A stretch of DNA of 64,000 nt from Ruditapes philippinarum (lineage: Eukaryota), in NCBI RefSeq assembly GCF_026571515.1, contig NW_026866069.1, positions 62,001 to 126,000 on the forward strand. Direction: 5' to 3'. Shown here piece by piece: positions 1 to 11,281 of this stretch. A model generated the notes under the pieces. It made no database searches and was not told the origin of the DNA. It worked only from the letters and a program-made list of their open reading frames with translations. Position numbers and translations under genes: made by a program. Each line of letters starts with the position of its first letter. Position 1 is the first letter of the stretch.

Positions 1-485
1 CAAGGGGTTAATGCGTCTTTCATTAAGCCTAGGAAACGCTAGGTCAGGCACTAATGGGGTTTAGTCTATGACACAAGAAGTAGTAATTTGTAGGAAGTGT
101 TTATTAACATTAATGGTGCTACATTTTGCACTGGACTAACACAGCTTATAATTAAGATGCTGAATTATGTCATGGGACCAGCTTTAAATAACTTATAATC
201 CAGGCACTTAATTTGTGTTATAGACCAGCTTAACTTATAATTCAGGTGCTAAATTTGTGTCATGGATAAACTGAGCTTAAATGTCAAAAAAAAATTAATT
301 ATAATTTAGTTTTTATTTCAATATCAAAATGCTTAAATTCAGCAGCAAATAAAGCTGTCAGGTTAGATTGGACAGTTGTGAAAGCTGGGCTGACTCCATT
401 TAAGCTAGTCTGACTCCATTGAAGCTGGCTTGCCTCCATTTTAGTGTCATACCAGTCTTTATCTCTGGTAACATTCAAATAATAC

Positions 486-3400
486 CTTTTCATTATCAGA
501 TTGTTCAGCTGTTTTCTTCTTTTTAAAGTCCTCATCTGTTGTAATAGGTAGACCAGGTAACATATCTGGTAGCTGGAAATACAACAGCTGACCCTCCTCT
601 GTCAGAGAAAAAATGACTAACTTGAGCCGCGTCATGACAAAACCAACATAATGGGTTTGCGACCAGCATGGATCCAGACCAGCCTGAGCATCCGCGCAGT
701 CTGATCAGGATCCATGCTGTTCGCTTACAAACCCTAAAACAAGTAAAGAAACTGATAGCGAACAGCATGGATCCTGATCAGACTGTGCGGATATGCAGGC
801 TGGTCTGGATTCATGCTGGTCGCAAACCCATTATGTTGGTTTTGTCATGACGCGGCTCAACTTATACTCAATAACTCAAGGATGTCAAATATAAAACCAA
901 ATAAAATACTTGATGTACCATCACTTTATGTATTTAGATTTTTTAATCTTTACCCTGGTAACTTTGCATCATAGACATACATTGCTTTGAACTTGAAAAC
1001 TGTACATTTTCTCACTTAAGTATATAATTTCTAAAACGGAGCAGTCAAACTTGAAAACTGTACATTTTCTCACTTAGCTATATAATTTCTAAAACGGAGC
1101 AGTCAAACTTGAAAACTGTACATTTTCTCACTTATCTATATAATTTCTAAAACGGAGCAGTCAAACTTGAAAACTGTACATTTTCTCACTTAGCTATATA
1201 ATTTCTAAAACGGAGCAGTCAAACTTGAAAACTGTACATTTTCTCACTTATCTATATAATTTCTAAAACGGAGCAGTCAAACTTGAAAACTGTACATTTT
1301 CTCACTTATCTATATAATTTCTAAAACGGAGCAGTCAAACTTGAAAACTGTACATTTTCTCACTTAGCTATATAATTTCTAAAACGGAGCAGTCAAACTT
1401 GAAAACTGTACATTTTCTCACTTATCTATATAATTTCTAAAACGGAGCAGTCAAACTTGAAAACTGTACATTTTCTCACTTATCTATATAATTTCTAAAA
1501 CGGAGCAGTCAAACTTGAAAACTGTACATTTTCTCACTTATCTATATAATTTCTAAAACGGAGCAGTCAAACTTGAAAACTGTACATTTTCTCACTTATC
1601 TATATAATTTCTAAAACGGAGCAGTCAAACTTGAAAACTGTACATTTTCTCACTTATCTATATAATTTCTAAAACGGAGCAGTCAAACTTGAAAACTGTA
1701 CATTTTCTCACTTATAAAACGGAGCAGTCAATTTTCCTATCTTGTCCCAGGGCACAAACTTTTATTGTAAAGGCTTTACAGTGCACTACTTTTAACAAAA
1801 GTGAACCAAGTGCCGTGCTTATTATTGTTAAAAGTTTAACTGTAAAAGTTTGTTTGTACCCTGGGAAATGATGGGTAACATCCACATTTGCTGTATTTCA
1901 GGAGTACCTCTATATGGAATTGAGCATTGGCCTAGTTCTACATTGGTGACATAGGCCTGTCCTTATTGCTCAAAGGATTAATACTAAAAGCATTGTACAG
2001 TTATCTGTCAAGCAATAAGGTAAGGACTTAATCTGCAGAACAAATTATTAATCCCAGGATGGTCTTCCAACAACCATAACTGCTTAATGCAGAAAATTTA
2101 CAAATAGTAACCACAGAATTCTGGAAACCTTAAAGGTAGGTAAAATATCCTTTAAGATAAAATTTTGTAATATAATATTGGAATACCATTAAAAAAAAAT
2201 AAAATAAATTTTTTAAAACAAGAGTGGAAGTTTTAAGATTAAGTTGTATACATTTCTAGTACCTGATTTGAGAGGATTTGTAAATAATTCACTGCATGTA
2301 ATTTGTCTCTCCTCTGTTTTTCCTTTCCACATTTCATCTTTTGAAGTCTTTTGATCTTCACCCCTCGCGCTGTCATTGGCCTCATCAGTATCCATTGGTT
2401 CAGATTTGACCTTGACCTTTGTGTAATCATCTTTCTTGATTGAAGGATCAGTTTTGATCTCTATAGGGAGTTTGACAGGCATCAAAGTTATATCATCCTC
2501 ATCAAACCCACCCCCAGCTATAAACTGAAAGGCCAATTAAAGATACATGTTAAACTGAAAATTCATATTTTTATAAAAAAAAATAATCTGATATTACATA
2601 AATACAAAAAATAGATATCTTTAAAAAAGTGATTGAATATTCATATACATATACATGTACTTAAATACTTAGTATATTGTATAGAATCATTTTACATGTT
2701 TATAATCCGTTATGAAGTGGTCTTTATATTATACATGTAGAAGGAATTTCATTTCTGCTTATAAGCAAAATCTCTAGTTATTTAAGTGAAACATAAACTA
2801 CATTGTAAATGATATAAAAACTCATTTTAGAAATTAACATTTTTCATTACATATTTAATCTGTTTTTCCATAATATGGAAAATACATTTTCTAAAAAATA
2901 AAAAAAAGGTTTCAAATTTTGATTAATTTGGAAATCAAACTGAATAACATCATTCTACCATTATCACTTTTTTCATCCGTAGTAATTTTCCGACATAACT
3001 GTTTGATAAATAATGCTCTATTATGGATAACTTAAGGAACTAGCTGATACATGTGATAACTTTGTAGAACCTGCCTGCTTTCAAAGCCATGCAATACTCC
3101 AATAATCTTAATATTCCATTTCTATAAAGCAGATGATTTAAGCTAAATTATTAAATTATTGAAAGTAACCAACCACTCTGTCAAATTTTTCATCCACTCC
3201 AACCACTAAAACAAATATTCACACGAGAAATTTGGCATGACTTGTAGACAAGAGGGCCTGAGGTCGCTCACCTGTATATAGCCCCCCCCCCGGCCAATTT
3301 TTACCCAAGGGCTTTTATTTGAACAGACTTGGTAGACACCCATAAGAAGATGTTTCATGCTAAACATCTAAGTTCTAACTCATTGGGTTTTTTAAAAGAA

Positions 3401-6400
3401 GATTTTTTAAGTTTTTACTATACACATATGGTTAAAAACAATGACACCCCTGGGGCAGGGCCAGTTTTGACCCCAGGGCTTTTATTTGAACAAACTTTGT
3501 AGATATTTACTTAAAGATGTTTCATGCTTAATATCTAAACTCTAGCTATTTGGGTTTTTTCAAAGAAGATTTTTAAGTTTTTGCTATACACACATAAGGA
3601 AAATCAATGACCCCCGGGGCGGGGCCAGTTTTGACCCCAGGGCTTTTATTTGAACAGACTTGGTAGACACCCATTAGAACATGTTTCATGCTAAATATCT
3701 TAGCTCTAGCTCTTTGAGTTCTTTAAAAGAAGATTTTTTAAGTTTTTACTATATGCATATAGGGAAAATCAATGACCCCCTGGGGCGGGGCCAATTTTGA
3801 CCCCAGGGCTTTTATTTGAACAAACTTGGTAGACATTCACTAGAAGATGTTTCATGCCAAATATCTAAGCTCTAGCTCTTACAGTTCTTTAAAAGAAGAT
3901 TTTTTAAGTTTTTACTATATGCATATAGGGAAAATCAATGACCCCCGGGGCGGGGCCAATTTTGACCCCAGGGCTTGTATTTGAACAAACTTGGTAGACA
4001 CTCACTAGAAGATGTTTCATGCCAAATATCTTAGCTCTAGCTCTTTGGGTTCTTTAAAAGAAGATTTTTTAAGTTTTTACTATATGCATATAGGAAAATC
4101 TATGACCCCCTGGGGCAGGGCCAATTTTGACCCCAGGGCTTTTATTTGAACAAACTTGGTAGACACTCACTAGAAGATGTTTCATGCCAAATATCTTAGC
4201 TCTAGCTCTTTGGGTTCTTTAAAAGAAGATTTTTTTAAGTTTTTACTATATGCATATAGGGAAAATCAATGACCCCCTGGGGCGGGGCCAATTTTGACCC
4301 CAGGGCTTTTATTTGAAACAAACTTGGTAGACACTCATTAGAAGATGTTTCATGCCAAATATCTAAGCTCTAGCTCTTAGGGTTGTTTAAAAGAAGATAT
4401 TTAAAGATTTTTCTTTCGGTTGCCATGGCAACCAGAGTTCTGCATGGAAATAAATTCTTTGAACAATTTTTAAAGGTGACCACCAAAGGAACATTCCTGT
4501 GAAGTTTGGATGAAATTGGCTCAGTGGTTTATGAGGAGATGTCATTTAAAGCAAAAGTTTACGGACGTACGACGGACGGACGGACGACGGACGGACGCCG
4601 GACGAAAAGCGATCACAAAAGCTCACCCTGTCACTTTGTGACAGGTGAGCTAAAAACAGTTCAGATTTTAGTATTTATTCTATTATTGTACAAACTGGCA
4701 GGATATTCTTATACTTACATCATCTCTAAGAAGGTTGTCTAAAACTTCTTTTGTCTCCTCATCAGTTCTCTCCCTTTTTACTGACTTCTTTGGACTGGAA
4801 CTTGAAGAACCTCCCCTTCCACCCCCTGAATAGGCATAGTCTCCACCTGAAATTCAAAAATGAACTCAATGAAGCACATGGCCCATACCCTGATTATTTA
4901 TAAAGACTGGGAACCAGGGGCCCTCAAATGGGGGGATTTTTAGTCATATGAAAGAAAAAAATACTCATTATGTTCTACAGGATTTCCTTTTAAATAAGAG
5001 GAAAAAAATATTTGGGGTTGGGAAAGAGGGCCCTGCAGCACATGCCATGACAAAAGCGTTACTAGAGTAATGTTAACAAAACTAATAGTTTAACATAATT
5101 TGTGTTTTACATAATACATTACCCATTTAGATTTATATCTAAAAGTGGAGATTAACATAATTTGCATTTTATATAATGCCTTTCATAACCAGATTTTATA
5201 TCCTCTAAAGACAATGCTATTGTTATAATTATTTACCTCCAGTGGGCTTGTTTATTTTCTCTGTTGGTCCCTGCTCAAATAAAGAATGGGTCTGTATAAC
5301 ATTTGCTGACATCCTGCCTCGACCTCGACCCCTGCCTCTACCCCGGTCACCAGAATCACGACCCCTTCCGCTACCACCAGAGTTTGGACGTTTGCCATCA
5401 TTGGACTTTGGTGTTGATGCTGATGCAGAATCACTTGCAATACTAAAACAGAAAGAAAACATAGTGTACATCATTTATTGGTGATTGATTTTTGTTCCAA
5501 AAATAACATACAAAATATTTTGGTCTTACCACTGATGAACCTTAAAACAAAATTACAAAATTTTGTTAAAATAAAATAATATACACTTAAATAAATCTAT
5601 CTATTCATATAAAAAGCTGCTCATTCATTCAGAATATAAATAAAAAGAGAGAAATTCTATATTTTACAAATTAATCAATGTCTTTTAGTGTCCTAATAAG
5701 CAACAACAGTGTTATTTTTGCTTTATTGCTGGTATTCAGATTAAGTATGTATAAAAATACATGAGGCTTGGCAATAAACAAGTTTCTAACTACACAATAA
5801 ACAAGTTTCCAAATACACCTACCTTTCACTTGGTTTGTTCCTTCTGGCAGGGATATTGGGTACAAACACTTTTTTCTGCACACCTCCAAGAGTTAAATCC
5901 CTTGGTCCTTTAATGGATGGCAATCTGTATATATAAATTTAGTTAACATTATTCCTTTGAGTTAAAGCTGCAATATTGAAAGACAAATGCAACCAGTACT
6001 GGAATTTATGTTTTTCTTCAAAGCTTTCATACTGATCATTCAGAAAATTAAACAATGAAATGAGTTGTCATAATCAAATAAAAAAATCATTGCAAAATCC
6101 CACTGCATCAAAGAATGCACATTCCATATTTAATATTAAAAATGTTGAAGATGCTGTAATTTCTAAAAATAATCAAGCAGACTGTAGAGGCATACACTTA
6201 ATGTTAACTGAAAAATCAAAACATAATTCACCATATTTAGTTATTTACTATAGAATTGAAGTAAAATGTATTTAATCCAAACCTGCTACCAAAAGTAATT
6301 AGGCTTTCTCAGCAGTACATCTGTGCAGTTTGACAAGGCTCTATACTGTTGGCTGGATACCTATTTATTTTCACCTTATTTCCCCCAAAATTTATAATGG

Positions 6401-6679
6401 ACACAATTTATTTACAAGTCCATTTAATAAATTCAGCAAAAACTATTTTCTGTTTGGCCAAAGTTGTCCCACAACCAGGCAATTGATTTTTTTCCATATG
6501 ATACAAACAAGTAAAGAAATGCTTTTAAAGATAAAAAGACATGTAAGTAAACCTCAGATTTTGCCTGCCCTGAGTAGGTTTAATATTTCAAAATGTTACC
6601 TTGTCCCTTTTCCACTGGGTGTTCCTGTTCTTCCAATTAGCCCACGTGGAAGCTGTGGATTGTCTCCTCCAGAAGCCAT
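486..6679 (-). CDS. POLR3D: RNA polymerase III subunit RPC4 (multi-exon, 3'-partial; continues beyond position 1)
   Basis: Hand-spliced exons 6679-6600, 5924-5823, 5442-5237, 4846-4719, 2524-2263 and 598-486, all GT-AG with consistent phases. Translation contains the RPC4 hallmarks RLPSIKGPRDLTLGGVQKKVFVPNI, an RG-rich tract, IQTHSLFEQGP, MPVKLP and LLYFQLPDMLPG. An acceptor at 6687-6688 implies an upstream non-coding exon. Confidence 0.92.
624..858. mobile_element. Palindromic MITE, copy 1 (GAG...CTC termini, Sola-like)
   Basis: The whole element is an inverted repeat (gagccgcgtcatgacaaaaccaacataatgggtttgcgaccagcatg ... catgctggtcgcaaacccattatgttggttttgtcatgacgcggctc), flanked by direct repeat aactt. 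Near-identical copies at 20218 and 62614. Confidence 0.85.
990..1731. repeat. 58-bp minisatellite, about 12.5 near-identical copies, in a POLR3D intron
   Basis: Unit acttgaaaactgtacattttctcactta(t/g)ctatataatttctaaaacggagcagtcaa recurs at 991, 1049, 1107, 1165 ... 1687. Confidence 0.97.
3248..4655 (-). mobile_element. Helentron/HINE-like non-autonomous element, family A (about 165-bp internal tandem array)
   Basis: Reverse complement of the 55933 element: subTIR aggtgagc, hairpin ctgtcactttgtgacag, GACG microsatellite (4561-4605), about 7 monomers of about 165 bp, end acaagagggcc. Confidence 0.85.
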
Positions 6680-9351
6680 CAGTGCCCTAAAAAAAATCAA
6701 AAGAAATTATAATTGAAATTTACAAGCAAGTTGGATTGGGTCCATGTACTTGTATCGATATTTGAAAGTGTTTATCGATATTGTATCGAATGATGAATAT
6801 CAATGATACATCGATACTGCGATATTCAATGACAGCCCTATTTTAAGTCACACATGGCAACTTTCCAGCTTTACTGTCAGGGCGATCAGGACCTCAAGTG
6901 CCTCTTTTATTGTTGCTACAGGTCACACTGACTCAGTGACCATAACATTTTTTTATCTGAAAATGAATGTGGCAGGTGGAACTCATTAAGGTGTATCCAT
7001 ACATGTATTATAAAGTTTTAATGTAAAAGCTTTGCTGATATTGAAGTAAATAATCATGAATGAAACCTTTTTTGAAAAGGTTAAATAGAAGGTCATGACG
7101 CTCGAGTTCAATTGGAAATAAACATTAAATAAGATTTATCACAAAATACGCCAATCACTAATGCTCTGACAAGCATATATAACATTTCCATTAAAATCCC
7201 TCAATTTGATTATGCTTGCCGACAGTCAGACAACTGCTGTCTGTGTGGTGAAATGAAACAAAAGTGATGTGATAAGAATTTAATTAAAAAAGGATATTTA
7301 AAATTATTTTCAGATGTGACAGTAATTCTTTTTATTCAAAGATACTATTTTTTTTTTCAATTTCACTTAAGAGAAAAAAGCAGGATCCCTAAAGAAAGCC
7401 CAACATGGCAAAATTGAAAATGGTTCAGGCTTGATTGATGACTGTAGCCACCAGGTAATTAATTGCACGCTTACAACCTTCCACGCCCACTTAACATTTT
7501 ACATGAACTGGTAACATTTTCAATTTTGAAATAATTCTTAAGCTGAAAAGTTGTGACTGTTCTGTTATCGAAATACCCTTACGTTAAACATTGAGTTATA
7601 GTAAAAATGGCGCCACCCAACTAGAAATTATGCTGAAAATTTCACCAATATGCATAGAATTTTAAATTTCTTTTTATTGTTTATTTTTTTATTTGACTTT
7701 AAATATACATATGTAGTCTCATATAATTGCCGGGCAAGAAAAAGTCCAGGCTTTCCCATAATATGAAATTAGGCAAAGCCTATGAACGGGCAAGTCGTTA
7801 AAAATTACTTTAATTTTTTCCGTTTTAAAGGTGTCATTCGGTATTTCATGCACCACTTCCGTTTTCACTCGGAATACTCAACGTTTATTATTTATCCGAA
7901 AAGTTGAGATTTGTTCCATTATCGGAATACACCGTCCTTTATCATTGAGTTACGTTGTGAATGGCGGCGCCTAACTAGAACTGACACTGAAAATTTAATT
8001 GATAGGTATAGAATTCTATATATTTTTTATTTGTTTCTTATTTGATTTTCTTTTAAATATACACATGTAGTCTATAACAGGGCAAGCCAAAGCCCGGGAT
8101 TGCTTTGCCCTGACTTTGACTTTCCCATATTATGAAGAATTGAAATTAATTCATTTTTAAAAGAATAAATACAATGATTTAATTGTTCAATAATTCTGCA
8201 AGAAAATCTTGCAGAACGTGCTGTGGATTTTAAAACAATTCTGGCACGAAATAGCTTTGCCAAAACTTTTCAAAAGAAAAATATCACTAACTTGGACAAA
8301 GCAACACCTTATCTGTAGGAATATTTTGACTTTGATTTGCAATGTGTAGCCTGGTTATATACTTTTAACGAAGCGGCAATATATTGCCATAGGGTCATAT
8401 CCTATTCCTCTATAGAAGAATTTTAATTTGAATATTTTTAATTGAATAAAGACCGACAAGTTTTGAAAAAAAAACAAATTATGTCGCGAAATCATATGAC
8501 AAACATCGTTACGCAAAAAACAGGAATTTACCTTTAATTTCAGTGCCGTAACATATAATCACTTCCCTAAACTCATATGAATGTAAACTATATATAATAC
8601 ATAGTGTCACAACGAATCGTTATTTTAAAGAAAATCGTGTTTTTGTATTCTCTGAAATATTTCATCAGACTCTTTCAGACGCTGTTAAAAACCTTTTGTC
8701 AAAGAAAATATCTGATTGGGTAGTCGCTCGTTTTATTAACGAATCAAATTTTATTTTACATAAATAGTTAAATCATACTACAACAACAACATTGGAAAAT
8801 GCCGATAGACTGAATTTAACTTTTCTACATTGTAAATTCAACACTGGTGAGATACTAATAAATTGAAATTGCAAAGCTAATACTGTAGACCGTGCCAGAA
8901 ATTGTGATTAACTCATTTTTCAGATTCTGCACGAATGCAACATCAAGCAAAGTAGATCGATTATTTAGTTAGGATGGTCCCCTTATTATTTCCTGCAAAT
9001 TGTACACATAAAAAGAACTTGTATTTACTATTTTAATAAATTGTGTTGAACTGTCACATCTTTGCCTTTAAAATACACCTGTCATTCATAAAATAACTAA
9101 ATGATTTAAATTAGAATCATCTATGGTCATTCAGCCAAAAAAGCAGCACTTCCACTTTCACATTAATGGTGGAAACATTTGATTGGTCCCGTTCAGTGTG
9201 TAAAGAAACACATTTTCTGATTGCACCGGAATGGGCAAGGACGCAGTACCCGCGGGGAGTACTTATAATAACTTAAACTTGAAATTTTAACTTGTTAATT
9301 TTACAATTTAAATATAATAAAATGTTTTAAGCTGTAACTTAACCATTGATT

Positions 9352-9625
9352 TTTAGCTCACCTGAGCACAACGTGCTCATGGTGAGCTATTGTGATCCCC
9401 CAACGTCCGTCGTTGTGCGTCGTCAACAATTTCTTTAAACAACATCTCAAAAACCAATGATTGCACAATAACCAAACTTTTAGGTGGTCCCCTGCCAAAG
9501 TTGTTCAAATGGTTCCGGTCTGTTCCATAAGTATGTCACGGGCTAGAAAATTAGTTTAAATTATGCAAACTTAAAAAAACTTCTTGTCTGAATGTACATG
9601 GCCTAGAGCTTTGATATTTGGTACA
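9352..9625 (+). mobile_element. 5' fragment of a family A-related HINE-like element
   Basis: tttagctcacctgagcacaacgtgctcatggtgagc start followed by cgtccgtcg; truncated after less than one monomer. Confidence 0.65.
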
Positions 9626-10639
9626 TATACTCAACATAACTAATTCCGCGTCATCATTTATTTCACGGTAATGGCATATTTTCATGTCACCAGTTTTAAA
9701 ATTGGTCAGAATGTCATATTTTATTCATACACCTAAACAACAAAGTTTTTGTGCAAAATAGTTAACATATCTAGTTTTTTCGTAAAATAGAGCAACATTT
9801 CACAAATTTCTGCAAAAAGCAACAATAGTCCATTAAGTTTATTTTTTTATCAATGTGGTCATATTTTCTTCCCAGGTCCGATACTCGTGCCTGTGATCAT
9901 TAGCAGTAATGCAGGTTAAAAATCCCTCTGGGTCAATTTTAGATGTGCCACTAAATTCACCAATCAGAAAAAATTGGAGCCAATGGCTCTAAAGTTGGAG
10001 CCAATAATTCTGCAAGGGAGACATGCCTATCTTTGTTAAGATATGCTAGCAGTTATATATATCATTGTGATTACAAACACATATTTATAAAATTTTGATT
10101 TATTACAGTTGTTTATAATGTAAATAGACATATAAAAATGTGGATTTCAAATTCCATTTAAATAATTACACATGATGACAACATAAATTTAATAAAAAAA
10201 AGGTTGGAAGGTCCTGTTTTGCATTATAGCAGTTCTTATCTCTTATTCACTTTCACTGACTGGACTGCGCCAAGATCTTCCCAGCTTTCACTGCATTCTG
10301 GTGATCTACAGTATAAAATAAAGAAGAAAAAAACATTACAGTAACAGGTCAACAGTGGCTTTATATCAATCATTTGTGAAATTATTATTTTAATTGTCAC
10401 TTGATTTAAGTGTACTTGTAAGTTGTCATATATTTTTATCGGTAATGTAACGATTCGCCACACTAACGATTCGCCACATAACGATTCGACACGGAGTAAT
10501 AACGATTCGCCACAGTTAAATAACGATTCGCCACGTGTTCAAGTACAAAATTTTTCACACCTGTTTTCAAACTGTTGATGGAAAACATTTTGCTATTTTA
10601 TATTTCATTTGTTAATTACATAAATTAATTACACTAAAT

Positions 10640-11230
10640 ACAGCTTTTATTGCATAAAAAGACACGAAAACCAAATATTTTATTAACAAAATTACATAAC
10701 ACAATTCATAACTTCGTTATTTATATAAACTGGAAAAAATATACTAACACCTTTTATAGGATAAAAATACATGAAAATAGAAATATTTTATTAACAAAAC
10801 TACATAACACATTTTATAACTTCGTTATTTATATAATAACAACTTTTATAGAATAAAAATACATGAAAATAAATATATTTTATTACCAAAATTACATCAC
10901 ACATTGCCGATGAGAAAAACTTCGTTATTTATATATCTGGATAATTATACGAAAACAGCTTTTATTGAATAAAGACACTTAATCATATATATATATATTA
11001 TTAACAAAACTACATTACACATTGTAGATAATTTATATAACTAACATATTTTATTACAAAATTTACATTTTTAAAACTTAAACCTGAAAAAGAATAGTAT
11101 AAACAGCTATTGAATAGAAGCGCATAAAAACATATTTTATTACCAAAATTACGAAAAGCAATTCTATAGCCAGAAAAAAACATACAAGAAATAGCTTTTT
11201 TATTTTAACATATTAACATTACACATTGTT
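10640..11230. repeat. Degenerate AT-rich direct repeats (about 100-120 bp) inside the MULE, downstream of the transposase stop
   Basis: The motif tattttattaacaaaa(t/c)tacataacac...aacttcgttattta recurs at about 10676, 10783, 10875, 10995 and 11132. Confidence 0.6.
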
Positions 11231-11281
11231 AACAGAAAACAAGTAGTGTCCAGTTGTGAGGGAACTCTTATACACCGTTGT

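Noticed and set aside
299-535. 78-aa minus-strand ORF
   Set aside because: Wrong frame over the true POLR3D exon 598-486, running on into intron.
532-850. Short ORFs MDPDQP... (also 20226-20408 and 62523-63012)
   Set aside because: They are translations of the palindromic MITE, with no coding hallmarks.
990-1731. CRISPR-like array
   Set aside because: Units are contiguous and identical with no unique spacers; eukaryotic intron; no cas genes.
10441-10534. Short repeat-spacer pattern resembling a mini-CRISPR or iteron
   Set aside because: Mirrored at 14766-14860 with a TSD; it is a transposon TIR.
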